64,000 nucleotides of DNA. Source: Candidatus Altimarinota bacterium (lineage in GTDB: Bacteria; Patescibacteriota; Gracilibacteria; JBDHUY01). Both the position numbers and the translations under genes were made by a program. Under the pieces are notes generated by a model that was not told the DNA's origin, searched no databases, and saw only the letters and a list, made by a program, of their open reading frames with translations. Below, one piece after another: positions 1 through 10,301 of the stretch. Positions within the stretch are counted from its first letter, which is position 1. Every line of letters starts with the position of its first letter. Where the stretch lies: positions 1 to 64,000 of the forward strand of contig JBDHUY010000008.1 in NCBI GenBank assembly GCA_039809385.1, read 5' to 3'.

Positions 1-185
1 CACTATTGTTGGAGAAGGCACTCCAGGTTGCGCTGGTGGCACTCCAGGCGTTGTCGGGACTCCTGGAGAAGGTACTCCAGGAGGTGCGGGTACAGCCGGT
101 GCTGCCGGTCCTCCAGACGTTGGTGTTCTCGGTATCACTATTGTTCGAGGTGGCACTCCAGGTTGCGCTGGTGGCACTCCAGGCG
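1..185. repeat. Pro/Gly-rich coding repeat (PGVPPAQPGVP), 135-bp period
   Basis: 1-50 and 136-185 are near-identical (cactattgtt...ggcactccaggttgcgctggtggcactccaggcg). Confidence 0.85.
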
Positions 186-3100
186 AGGAAGATAGTGACA
201 TAGTACTTTGATTATCTTCATCATCTAATTCTGAAGAAGTAGGGGGGGGGGTCTGATACTCATCCTCCTGCTCCACCCTCCCATACCCCAAATGATTCAT
301 CTTATCCGCCACGATCACGGGGGGCACTAAATGAACATCAACATCTTGTCCCGAAATTTGTTTCAGATCATATAACGGTACACCACCCGTACCAGAAGTG
401 AGCGGAGGAGTCCCTCCCCCGGTCCCACCCGTTGTCCCGGGCGTAACACTCGAAGTCGTCATAGACGAAGAGATACTCCCCGGAGTCAGAGACCCATCTC
501 CCTTCACCGACGCCAAAACCTGAAACTTTCCCGAACCGTCCACAAATCCGACCGCCATATCGTTCGCCTTCAATCCGGGAAGAACAGCCCCTCCGCGAGG
601 AACCGCGCCGGCCTTGGCAGGATCGAGCCAGCCATTATCCAGACCGATACTCCCGTCTTTTTCAAAAGGAAAAAACGCCTCATACGACGATCCGCCCGAC
701 CGTACATGCATACGGACCTGAAGATTGGTAGGATCGGTAGGCATCGAAACCCCGCTCGGGAGCTTGGAATGCTTCAAAACCGGATCCAGCATACTCTTTA
801 CCGTAAAATGAAATTTCCCGTCTGTCCCTACTTCCGGCTTGCCGTTCCATAACAAACGCAGCTCATCCAGAATATGCCGTCCGGGCGCATGCGGCTGGTT
901 ATCGTTAAAATGCAACAGTGTTTTTGCCGGAGACAAACCAGCCGGGAGGCTGGAAGGCGGAGTCGAGACACCAGTAGAGGAAGTCGCCACGGTCACCGGA
1001 GGAGTAGCGGGAGCACCGGGAATAACCGTTCCGGCGGTCGCCGCCCCTGGAGTAGCCGGAGCTGCAATCGAAGTCAGCGATAATCCTTTGGTATGAAGGT
1101 AGGCAGCCGCGCCCGGACGCAAAGCACCGGAAGGATCGAAAATCTGGGCATCGATATCCGCTTTGGGAACTCCGTGTGACGTCAAAATTGTTTCGAGATT
1201 TGCCCGCGGCACCGGAGCGGGAGTGAGGGATGTCGAGGTAATCGTAGATGCCTTGGTAGTCCAGAAATAACCGATTGCCGAGGAGATCGCTCCGCCAAGC
1301 AGCGCACCCATTCCAAACGCTTTGTAATTTTCAAAACGTTTCAGTTTCCGGAAAGCTTTTTCGTTTTTAGAAATAGTAGCCAAAATAGCTTTGCGAGCCT
1401 GACTAATATCTTCTTCCAATAGACTGTCAGGATCATGAACATTGTTGGTACGGGCAAGTTCACGGAATTTTATTTTCCCTTCAGATATGGAACGCATCAA
1501 AGTCACGCGCTGACGCTCAATACTATGCTGCGTATCAAATTTGATCAAATCCAGACGGACTTTCCCCTGATCCCCCAGCGCTGTTCCAAGCTCTGACATC
1601 TCATTGCGAACGATAGCTTCCGCCAGAGTTTTTCGAAGATCTTCAATATTTCCTGTAAGTGCTGCATTGTTAATATCACCTTGTAGATCGGAAGCATTTT
1701 TCTTATCGTACAAGACATCCTTTTTTTCAAGCTTCTCTTCAAATCTGGTTTTCTTATCGGGAACAAAGGACATCGCATCGCGACGTTCCTTCTGCGCTTT
1801 ATGATATAATGTTTCTTTATTTTTACGAAAGATAGATAAAGTCCCACCGGTAAGAACGCCGGTCGCTACCGCCACGACTGCCGGCGACAGGATTCCGGCA
1901 AAAGGGAGCATGGTAGGTGCCAAAAGTCCTACGGCAGTAGCAGTAGCAATCGCAGCACTGGTATACGCCAGACGCCCAGTCAGCATCTGCGCGGTAATAT
2001 TCGACAAACCAAACCCGATGATCGCCACGGTAGCGGGAGAGAGAAATCGCCCAAGAACTCGGTTGCGCTGCAAACCTTCGACAAGTTTCCGAGAATACTT
2101 GTCAAAAACGTTCAGATCTTTTACTTGCGTTTTCACGTCAACATTTTTGGCCTTACCCAGTCTTAGATTGACCTTCAAATTATCCAGATCCAGCATGATT
2201 AACCCGCGTTTATGAGCGCGTAATTTATCAAGAAGTCCACCTTTTTCGATATGTTCCAGTCGCTGCTCAGGAGGCAGGTTCTGCTGCTGTTGATGATCAT
2301 GAAGCGTCGATTCCAAAAAGGCGAACAATTCGGATCTATCTGTCGAACCACCAATCTTATCAAGAATTTTTGCACGCACCTGTTTGCGAAATCCTTCATC
2401 GTCCAGCGTACCATTTACATAATCTTTACATAAATCCCTGATTTGTTTTTGTAGCTCGACGTTTTCCGGCAAATCACGAAAAGATTCTTTTTCTTCAGCC
2501 AAAAGATACGAATCATCGTCTTTTTTATCCCAGGATAATGAAAAACGTTCGGCAATGGCATTTAATTCCTGATCCAGAGAAACCCGCTTTCCCGCATCGG
2601 GAATTGCCTGATTTTTATCGGCCCGGGTTACTGCGCCATCTAAACCCATCAATTCGGTACGAAACTTAGGTTGTTTGAGACGTTTTTTATATTCGTCTAT
2701 ATATTTGGTACGATACCCCTCCAAGGCATTGCGCATCCAGTACTTTTTGGCAAATTTCCAGCCCGCCGGTAATACGAGCAGGTAGTCTTTCCAGCCGCTG
2801 GGCCCTTTTTCTTTCAGCTCCTGATCCAGACGTTCGTCCGCCAGCCGCTCGGCAATACGCTGTAATTTTTCGTCGATATCCACGATCGCCACGTTGATCT
2901 CTTTGATCACTTTGGGCCCCTGATGGTGAACGATGATTGGGATTTTACGATTATCCTCCAAATTATATTTACTATGCTTGTATGCTCCGGCGATCTTTTC
3001 AGGCCACAACGGGATATTATTCATCATTCTTCTGAAATTCTCGATATCCTGATCATGCAACCTTGGATATTCGGCTCGAATCTTATCTATTTTTGCTTGG

Positions 3101-6100
3101 TCATTTAAAACAATAGCACTCCGTAACAGCTCAAAAATCGGCGCTATTTTTTGGATCCAAATATTAAACGCTCCCTTCTTCATATCCAGCTTGGTACGCA
3201 GCTCGTCATACATGCTGGCATCGATACAGAAGTCCTCCAGAACACCAGGACCGGTCTTTTTGATACTGGCAATTTGCCAGCCTTTTCCGTCGTTTAACAG
3301 ATCATATACAAAAGGCGGATCGTGCTTGAGAGACCAGAGCATCGCCAAAATCTCTTTCTCATGAATATGCTGATCCTTGACCATGAGCAACGTAACGTAC
3401 ATCTCTTCTGCTCGCTTTTGAGAAAGGGGTGGCGTATCAGGAAAATTAATCGCTTTTTTCCCTTTGGTTTTGATCACTTCTACCACCTGATTTCGGAATT
3501 TTTCCATATCCTGCCCGTTCCCAAACAGATGGTATAATCGGTGAAAGGCCTGAAGCGCTTTTTCCGGAAAATCTTCACCGTGATTTTCCAGCATTTCCGA
3601 AAGTGGGAGGAACTCTTCCCGCCCCTGAGCGTCTTTTTTGATCGTGTAGACTTCCAAACCAACTCGATTAGATGGCACCAGATTGATTTTGATCAAATTG
3701 ATCACTTTATCGAAGGCACCTTCCTCACTTTTGGCATGAAGCATATTGTAAATCAACAGCTTTTCAGCCTCGCTTTTACCATTGATCAACGTCTCAAAGA
3801 TTTTTGTAGCCTCACGTTCGACCTCTTCATCGAGCTGAATATTCAACAAGCCTTTACTATGTATAGTCTGAGAAGCCGGAATGACATCTTTTCGCAACGA
3901 CTCTAAAAAGCCATTTTCTTTTGCCAGAAAATCCAGATACTCTCCATATCGTTGCTTCTCATGATCGGTAAGCTTGTATTTTTTCTCACGAAGAGCGGGA
4001 TCGATATCCTGTTCTTTCCAGCGAACATAGAGCTCGGTTTCGCCGGGAGCGGGTTTTCTGCGCCGACGATTGACGACACTTTCCACAGCATCGCGGATTG
4101 CCTCAACCTGGTCAATAGAGGTAATCTGGTCAAGCGGGATATCCGGGAATTCGCGACGTTCTACTTTAGATAGTGCTTCTTGACGATCTTTTATTTTTTG
4201 AACAAGGGTATCCCGAGCCTTGGCCAGATCTTGATTATTCTCGCATTTCAATTCAACCAGCAACAAGGCTTGCTCGCTCTTTGACAAAGGACTAAGGGGG
4301 CCGATCAACCGGTTAATGATCTCTTCGGCTTTTTGCTGAAGTTCTTGATCGTTGGAAATTGGAACTGCCGAGATCTCTTGATCCAGCATGTTTTTAACAG
4401 TAGCTCCACCATCGGTTACCAGCTTCAGAAATTTCTTATACTCGTCCAGCTTATCCGGCTTCAGACTTATCTTGCTATCAGACCAGCGCAGATCGGTATC
4501 TTTTTTGTCGCGCAAAGCCGGATTCCCAAAGGTATCCTCGACTCGCTCCCACTCTTGCTGATGTCGTTTGAACTCTTCGACGGTTTTGATATCGTCGACC
4601 TTGCATAATTCTTTCGCTTTCTCGCTCGCCTCGGATTCTTCCTTCTGCTTTATGATCTTCTGAGTGTCACGAATACGATTCACCAAAGTATCCCGAGCCT
4701 TGGCCAGATCTTGATTATTCTCGCATTTCAATATAACCAGCAACAGAACTTTTCCTAGCTCGTTCAGAGAACTCGCATCAGAAGTCAATCGTGTAATGAT
4801 TTCTTCAGCTTTTTGTTTCAATTCTTGGTCATTACCAGGCACAACTCCATCGATTTCTATTTGAAGTGTATCATCCACATGAGCTTGTCCTTCAGTAATA
4901 AGTTTTAGAAATTTCTTATACTCATCCAGCTTATCCGGCTTCAGACTTATCTTGCTATCAGACCAGCGCAGATCGGTATCTTTTTTGTCGCGCAAAGCCG
5001 GATTCCCAAAGGTATCCTCGACTCGCTCCCACTCTTGCTGATGTCGTTTGAACTCTTCGACGGTTTTGATATCGTCGACCTTGCATAATTCTTTCGCTTT
5101 CTCTTCTTCCTTTTGTTTTTTCGCATTCTGAGAGGACCGAATCAATTCCATCAATTTATCACGAACTGGCTGGAGGTTTGTATTAGTCTGACAATCTAGC
5201 TCCGCCAAAAAGAGCTGCCGTTCATTCTCGGCTAAAGGGCTGGAGGGGCCGGATAGATAGATAATGATCTCTTCGGCTCTTTGCTGCAGCTCCCGATCGT
5301 TGCTAAAAGACACAGCATCGATGGCTTTTTTCCTCTCTTTCTCGACATTAACTTTTCCGTGACCTATAAGCAGGAGGAACTTCTTGTATTCAACAAGCTC
5401 CGTCTGAGTCAGGGGGGTTTTGGTCTGCTGCCAGCGCAGATCGGTATCTTTTTTATTGTCGAGAGCATTATTCCCGAATTGATCTTCAACGAGAGACCAT
5501 TTATTTTTATGCTGCAGAAAATCTTCCACCGAACGAATATCATCCACAGAAGGCAAAACCATCGTCTCAGGATGATTATTCGCGAAATTCTGGGCTTTGA
5601 GCGTAATAGCGTTCTCGAGATTCCGATGCAAATCGGCCTTTTTTACCGAAGAATCAGTGTCAAACGGCACAGCGACTCCTAAAGCCTCGGCTACATAAAT
5701 TTCTTTGTCGAGAGATGATGGTAGCGGGTCCAGTTTCGCCTTAAGCTGATTGAGTTTGGCCTGGAGTTGAGGATTTACAGCGGTAAATGTATGCGTTCCC
5801 ACCAGAAAATTGACAAAATCGCTGGGAGTTATGCGATGAAGCACTGCCTCATCCAGAACAGTATCGACTTCTCCCTTGAGCAGATTTCGTGCCTCGATCT
5901 GTTTTTTGACTATTTCGGCCCGAGCCTTGATCGCATCAATTCTCTTCTGAAGAAACTGAGCAAGCGGCTGATTTGGATTTAAAACAGATGTCAGATAAGC
6001 ATACATCCCATTCTGATCAGTCGGATCATTTCCTGATATGGACAATCCTAACGTTCTTTCAAAATCTGCAAATGTAGGAAACACTTTTGTATCGTTAGAT

Positions 6101-6603
6101 AGCTGCAATAAATCAGCACTAAGTTCGGAAGCATTCGGAACATGGGCACGTCCATTTTGTAGGTATACGTCCTCAATAACAGCCACAGCAGTTATGGCCT
6201 GTAATTGTCCTATTATACGATCTTTACTCCCTAGAAAAAGGTTATATGGGTTAACTGGCGTTCCATTATTAAATTCTTGAAGGATTTTGGGAATTCTTTC
6301 CTGTAAAACTTTCCTGACCGTTTGATTGGCGATACGGTCTATCTCGATACGACGCGCATCCATAGCCTTTTTTTCGTTTTCGTTCAGTCCTGCTCCCAGA
6401 TTCTCAAATTCGCGCTTCAAGCGTTCGAAACAATTGATAAAACTGGCATCCGGATTCGAGGCGCTTTTCAAAGTTTGCAGTACGGCATTTTTTACCTCAG
6501 GCAAATTGTCAAAATCCTGACCGAGCTTTTCTTGAAGCTCCGTAGCTTTTGTCTGGTCTACCTGACCATCCGGCTGTATGAGATTTTTGAGTAGATCGGC
6601 CAT
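1..6603 (-). CDS. Giant (>2201 aa) hypothetical membrane protein, 3' end outside the window
   Basis: Manual translation from ATG at 6603 (MADLLKNLIQPDG...) stays open in one frame to position 1 (...PGVPSPTIV). Not in the ORF track because there is no stop in the window. Contains ~160-aa repeats, hydrophobic Gly/Ala-rich segments (~1830-2045 and ~1260-1320) and a Pro/Gly-rich tail. Confidence 0.85.
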   Translation of the reverse strand, partial: MADLLKNLIQPDGQVDQTKATELQEKLGQDFDNLPEVKNAVLQTLKSASNPDASFINCFERLKREFENLGAGLNENEKKAMDARRIEIDRIANQTVRKVLQERIPKILQEFNNGTPVNPYNLFLGSKDRIIGQLQAITAVAVIEDVYLQNGRAHVPNASELSADLLQLSNDTKVFPTFADFERTLGLSISGNDPTDQNGMYAYLTSVLNPNQPLAQFLQKRIDAIKARAEIVKKQIEARNLLKGEVDTVLDEAVLHRITPSDFVNFLVGTHTFTAVNPQLQAKLNQLKAKLDPLPSSLDKEIYVAEALGVAVPFDTDSSVKKADLHRNLENAITLKAQNFANNHPETMVLPSVDDIRSVEDFLQHKNKWSLVEDQFGNNALDNKKDTDLRWQQTKTPLTQTELVEYKKFLLLIGHGKVNVEKERKKAIDAVSFSNDRELQQRAEEIIIYLSGPSSPLAENERQLFLAELDCQTNTNLQPVRDKLMELIRSSQNAKKQKEEEKAKELCKVDDIKTVEEFKRHQQEWERVEDTFGNPALRDKKDTDLRWSDSKISLKPDKLDEYKKFLKLITEGQAHVDDTLQIEIDGVVPGNDQELKQKAEEIITRLTSDASSLNELGKVLLLVILKCENNQDLAKARDTLVNRIRDTQKIIKQKEESEASEKAKELCKVDDIKTVEEFKRHQQEWERVEDTFGNPALRDKKDTDLRWSDSKISLKPDKLDEYKKFLKLVTDGGATVKNMLDQEISAVPISNDQELQQKAEEIINRLIGPLSPLSKSEQALLLVELKCENNQDLAKARDTLVQKIKDRQEALSKVERREFPDIPLDQITSIDQVEAIRDAVESVVNRRRRKPAPGETELYVRWKEQDIDPALREKKYKLTDHEKQRYGEYLDFLAKENGFLESLRKDVIPASQTIHSKGLLNIQLDEEVEREATKIFETLINGKSEAEKLLIYNMLHAKSEEGAFDKVINLIKINLVPSNRVGLEVYTIKKDAQGREEFLPLSEMLENHGEDFPEKALQAFHRLYHLFGNGQDMEKFRNQVVEVIKTKGKKAINFPDTPPLSQKRAEEMYVTLLMVKDQHIHEKEILAMLWSLKHDPPFVYDLLNDGKGWQIASIKKTGPGVLEDFCIDASMYDELRTKLDMKKGAFNIWIQKIAPIFELLRSAIVLNDQAKIDKIRAEYPRLHDQDIENFRRMMNNIPLWPEKIAGAYKHSKYNLEDNRKIPIIVHHQGPKVIKEINVAIVDIDEKLQRIAERLADERLDQELKEKGPSGWKDYLLVLPAGWKFAKKYWMRNALEGYRTKYIDEYKKRLKQPKFRTELMGLDGAVTRADKNQAIPDAGKRVSLDQELNAIAERFSLSWDKKDDDSYLLAEEKESFRDLPENVELQKQIRDLCKDYVNGTLDDEGFRKQVRAKILDKIGGSTDRSELFAFLESTLHDHQQQQNLPPEQRLEHIEKGGLLDKLRAHKRGLIMLDLDNLKVNLRLGKAKNVDVKTQVKDLNVFDKYSRKLVEGLQRNRVLGRFLSPATVAIIGFGLSNITAQMLTGRLAYTSAAIATATAVGLLAPTMLPFAGILSPAVVAVATGVLTGGTLSIFRKNKETLYHKAQKERRDAMSFVPDKKTRFEEKLEKKDVLYDKKNASDLQGDINNAALTGNIEDLRKTLAEAIVRNEMSELGTALGDQGKVRLDLIKFDTQHSIERQRVTLMRSISEGKIKFRELARTNNVHDPDSLLEEDISQARKAILATISKNEKAFRKLKRFENYKAFGMGALLGGAISSAIGYFWTTKASTITSTSLTPAPVPRANLETILTSHGVPKADIDAQIFDPSGALRPGAAAYLHTKGLSLTSIAAPATPGAATAGTVIPGAPATPPVTVATSSTGVSTPPSSLPAGLSPAKTLLHFNDNQPHAPGRHILDELRLLWNGKPEVGTDGKFHFTVKSMLDPVLKHSKLPSGVSMPTDPTNLQVRMHVRSGGSSYEAFFPFEKDGSIGLDNGWLDPAKAGAVPRGGAVLPGLKANDMAVGFVDGSGKFQVLASVKGDGSLTPGSISSSMTTSSVTPGTTGGTGGGTPPLTSGTGGVPLYDLKQISGQDVDVHLVPPVIVADKMNHLGYGRVEQEDEYQTPPPTSSELDDEDNQSTMSLSSSPGVPPAQPGVPPRTIVIPRTPTSGGPAAPAVPAPPGVPSPGVPTTPGVPPAQPGVPSPTIV
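4207..5460. repeat. Intragenic repeat, 480-bp (160-aa) period, about 3 copies
   Basis: 4427-4623 matches 4907-5103 with one synonymous mismatch; ~4208-4251 matches ~4688-4731; a diverged third copy of the KKDTDLRW motif lies at ~5430-5460. Confidence 0.9.
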
Positions 6604-6657
6604 GTATTTTTACTTTTTTTGAATTTTAGATTTTTGGAAGAAACAGCAAGCTGAAAC

Positions 6658-7059
6658 TTAGAGATATTTTTGTATGTCGGGAAAGAGGGCCAGAAGTTTA
6701 GGCAGATCCATATCTTTGGCGGCGCTCGCCTTAGCTACTTTGGCAGCCAGCAAGGGATCTTTTTGCAAAAGTTTCTGTACCAAAGCGGCAATATCGAGAT
6801 CGAAACCGGTCTTGGCCTCCCCTGCCTTTTTTTTGACAAAATCGGCCAGCACGGGGAAAGAATCGGCAAAGGCGGCAAGAAAAAACTCGAGCTCCCGCAC
6901 ATTTTCAGTAAAACTCAATAAATAGAGAATCGCCATCAGCTGTTCACTTTTCAGTTGACCTCGTTCAAAAAAATCAGACAAGTGCCATTTCACTCTGTTC
7001 TGCAGATCAAGGTACTTTCTGTCAGGAACAGCTTGTGTATTGACATATTTTGTATTCAT
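6658..7059 (-). CDS. Hypothetical protein (133 aa, helical)
   Basis: ATG-initiated ORF directly upstream of and co-oriented with the giant gene. Confidence 0.75.
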   Translation of the reverse strand: MNTKYVNTQAVPDRKYLDLQNRVKWHLSDFFERGQLKSEQLMAILYLLSFTENVRELEFFLAAFADSFPVLADFVKKKAGEAKTGFDLDIAALVQKLLQKDPLLAAKVAKASAAKDMDLPKLLALFPDIQKYL

Positions 7060-7333
7060 TTTATTATAATTTTTATTGAGACGTGTAGATGTGGATATCG
7101 GATAATTCTAGCACAAATAGTGAAAATTATGCAAACACCACCCAACGCAACAGGACAATTGTTCATGCGTAAGAATTATTTTTATCATAATCCATGTTTT
7201 TCTCGGCATATTTTAGCCCTTCTCTCTGCATTGCTCTATCGAAGAGCTACCAATCAAGCGATACAAAGCATTTGCTCATTTTTTATAATTTTTTAAAGTT
7301 CGTCCATTGCAGAACAACAAACGTTTTGCTAGC

Positions 7334-7732
7334 ATGCCTTCCGTAACCAGACCCGTACCTATGAGTGGAGCAAACTTTGAAAGACTCGTTCTGAAAAAGT
7401 TGACTGATCTGTCAACGGAAATTAAGCAAGTACGCATAGACCTCAGTGCCGATATTCAGCAAGTGCGCACCAACCTTGATACCAAGACCCAAGACCTCCG
7501 TGAAGACATACAGTTACAGCTGCGAGTCATAAAAGCAGATATAAATGCTATAAACGAAGTTTTAGACGAAGTTCGCACGGAAATGAAGGACGGATTTTTC
7601 CGTTTGGAAGAAAAGATAGACGCCAATATGACGATCATCGAAACCATGTTTGATTCGATTATTCTTATATTCGAAGATACGAAAAGAATTATGCACCTGG
7701 AAAAAATAGTACCAGCGCTAGCAAAAGCATAG
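7334..7732 (+). CDS. Coiled-coil hypothetical protein
   Basis: 11-residue-like periodic repeats (LSTEIKQVRID/LSADIQQVRTN); ATG at 7334 preferred over TTG at 7307. Confidence 0.7.
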   Translation: MPSVTRPVPMSGANFERLVLKKLTDLSTEIKQVRIDLSADIQQVRTNLDTKTQDLREDIQLQLRVIKADINAINEVLDEVRTEMKDGFFRLEEKIDANMTIIETMFDSIILIFEDTKRIMHLEKIVPALAKA

Positions 7733-7769
7733 ACGCAACTCTACCCGAAACAGGAAGGTGCAAAACTTT

Positions 7770-7798
7770 TTGCCCGCTCCTTTAAGTTCCTGTACAAT
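7770..7798 (+). promoter_or_regulatory. Putative sigma70 promoter of tig
   Basis: TTGCCC-17 bp-TACAAT, 38 bp upstream of the tig ATG. Confidence 0.5.
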
Positions 7799-7835
7799 AC
7801 GAAAAGCAGCTTTATTTTTTGTCGTGAAACACACC

Positions 7836-9125
7836 ATGCACATCGACATCAAACCTCTCGAAAAATCGCGCGTCCAGCTCATCATTGAAATTCCATCCGA
7901 AACGGTCGGACAATGGAGAATCAAAGCGGTCAAAAAAATATCCCAGGAAGCTACTGTTCCGGGTTTTCGCAAAGGGCATATTCCTGAACAGATCTTAATT
8001 AATCATTACGGCGAAAAAATCATTCTGGACGAAACGATCGATCTGGTCATCCAGAACACCTATGCCAAGGCAGTTCAGGAAAAAGAAGTAAAAGTGGTTG
8101 CCAAGCCCGAAAAGGTAGAACTGACCTCCTACGATCCATTCAAATACGAAGTGGTCGTAGCCGTGATGCCGGAAGTGAAGCTGAAAGATTATAAAAAGAT
8201 CAAAGTAAAAAGCGAGAAGGTCGAGGTAAAAGACGACGAGATCGATACCGTGATCAAAGACGTACAGAAACGTTTCGCCACCTACAGTGAAGTCGAACGC
8301 GAGATCCAAAAAGGCGACAAAGTCTATGTGGATTTTGAAGGGAAAGACGACCAGGGTGTAGTGCTGGACGGGACGACAAGCAAGGATCACCCTTTGATCG
8401 TGGGAGAAAATTACTTTGTGGATGGCTTCGAAGATCATCTGATCGGCATGAAAAAAGACGGGGAAAAAACCTTTACCGTCACTTTTCCGGAGACCTACCA
8501 CGCCGCGCATCTGAAAAACAAACCCGTCATGTTTAACGTGCGTATAAAGAAAGTGGAAGAAACGAAATTTCCCGAAGTCGATGAAGCGTTTATCGAAAAA
8601 CTGCGCGGAACAGCCATGTCACCTGCCGATTTTCGGGAATCGATCCGCAAAGACATGATGGAAGCGAAAAAGACCGACGCCCGCGGCAAAGCCGAAGAAC
8701 ACTTATTTGAAAAATTGCTTGAGGTAGCGGAGATCGAACTTCCCGAAGCGATGGTCGAAGAAGAAGTTGCGTCGATGATCGACGATTACGCCAACCGGCT
8801 GGGACAGCAGGGTTTGAGCTTGGAACATGTGCTGACATACCAGAAAAAACATTTGGACGATCTGAAAAACGAATGGAAAAAGAACGCGCATGACCGGGTG
8901 GCGGTGCGCCTGATCATGCAAGAGATCATCAAAGCAGAGAAACCGGAAGTTACAGAAGATGAAATACAGAACGAGATAGACAAGGTTGTGACCCGATATC
9001 CCGAAGAAACCCGGGAAAAGGCTCGCGACATGTATAGAAAAGGCGGCGTTCTGTGGCAGAATCTGGAAGACGGGGTCAGGGCCAAAAAAGTCGTAGACCG
9101 GTTTATCGAGGAACCCGGCAGCTAG
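7836..9125 (+). CDS. tig: Trigger factor
   Basis: VPGFRKGHIP ribosome-binding signature, FKBP domain (GFEDHLIGMK...VTFPETY), C-terminal chaperone domain. Confidence 0.97.
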   Translation: MHIDIKPLEKSRVQLIIEIPSETVGQWRIKAVKKISQEATVPGFRKGHIPEQILINHYGEKIILDETIDLVIQNTYAKAVQEKEVKVVAKPEKVELTSYDPFKYEVVVAVMPEVKLKDYKKIKVKSEKVEVKDDEIDTVIKDVQKRFATYSEVEREIQKGDKVYVDFEGKDDQGVVLDGTTSKDHPLIVGENYFVDGFEDHLIGMKKDGEKTFTVTFPETYHAAHLKNKPVMFNVRIKKVEETKFPEVDEAFIEKLRGTAMSPADFRESIRKDMMEAKKTDARGKAEEHLFEKLLEVAEIELPEAMVEEEVASMIDDYANRLGQQGLSLEHVLTYQKKHLDDLKNEWKKNAHDRVAVRLIMQEIIKAEKPEVTEDEIQNEIDKVVTRYPEETREKARDMYRKGGVLWQNLEDGVRAKKVVDRFIEEPGS

Positions 9126-9287
9126 CGGTCAATTGAGAGAATGTACCAGCCACTCTGACTCTGAGCGTAGCGAAGAGGAAGAGTCTCGTCCCCACTCCAT
9201 GCACACAAAGTAAGGAAACCGGATCACCCCTGTTTTTTGCCCGTTTTTATGATTTCACAAAGCATATCATTATGCTATGATAGCAGC

Positions 9288-9601
9288 ATAAAAGACACTC
9301 TTCTTGGCCAAAAATCGTTGTTCTGGGACGTAGATCCATCCACACTGGATTTCACGGAACATAAACGCTTTATCAGCGGATATGTATGTTCGGTGATATT
9401 GAGGATGTCACATGGATGTTCCATAGCTATTTGGAAACCGACATACAAACAGCCGTGATCCAAAACTATTATCGACTGGATCCCAGATCACGAAACTTTT
9501 GGCTCCTTTTTTTTCATATTACCGAAGCAGAATGTATCCGGAAACAACCATTCCAGAGGCAATCCGTGTTCTGGAACAGATTAGCTCCATCAAAGACATA
9601 A
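9288..9601 (+). pseudogene. Frameshifted DUF6922-like small protein (putative antitoxin partner)
   Basis: LFWDVDPSTLDFTEHKRFI in one frame continues as QRICMFGDIEDVTWMF...LDPRSRNFW in another (shift near 9375); no clean ATG start. Confidence 0.65.
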
Positions 9602-10169
9602 AACCATTTTATTTGGCTGGCGGGACAGCTCTGGCTCTCCGTTAGGACACCGCATGTCCGAGGATTTAAATTGATTTTGCCTGGAACCTTTTTCAACGTC
9701 GACGCTTAGACGCGAGCTGTCAGTAATCCCTGGGTTTTCTATCAAGAACGAAGAACATCAAACGCTTCATTGCATGATCGATACAATAACAATGAGCTAT
9801 TTTCAATACCCGTACTCACTTTTATTTGATCCAGTTCCTTTTCAAAAAATCTATCTGGCAGATCAGCGCGATATTGCAGCCATGAAACTCGACACAATTG
9901 CCAGCCGGGGTAGTCGAAAAGACTTTATCGACCTCTATGAGTTCTTAAAAACATATAGTATACAGGAGATATTGAACTTCTTTGAGAAAAAATACGCCAA
10001 CCTGAACTACAACAAGTTCCATCTTCTAAAAAGCTTGACCTATTTTAACGACGCCGAAACAGATCCGATGCCTGTGATGCTCAAGCAAGTTGATTGGCCA
10101 GAGGTAAAAAATACTATCCGGAAAAAAGTGACTACCTATTTGAAAGAGGCTACAAACAATGAGCCGTGA
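9532..10169 (+). pseudogene. Disrupted AbiEii/AbiGii-family nucleotidyltransferase
   Basis: ATG 9532...FYLAGGTALAL, frameshift at ~9640 (TAG at 9643), then LGHRMSEDLN*F (in-frame TGA at 9672), then DIAAMKL...RGSRKDFIDLY. Confidence 0.8.
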
Positions 10170-10301
10170 TAACAGAATTCTGTCAAGCCTTCCTTTGTCG
10201 CATATCATAATAGAATATGCTATACTTATAAGAATTCTTTAATCGGGATTCTATTTTTTTACTTATTTGGAAACCATCTTGTTTAGTAACGCCTTTTCTT
10301 C

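Noticed and set aside
4427-5103. Diversity-generating retroelement TR/VR pair
   Set aside because: Copies differ at one synonymous site, both are in-frame coding, and there is no reverse transcriptase in the window. The Avd-like gene at 34762 is not enough.
6-6594. Many short plus-strand and off-frame ORFs in the track
   Set aside because: They are shadows of the giant minus-strand ORF. The same applies to antisense ORFs over tig, the amidase, malic enzyme, lgt and the cohesin cluster.
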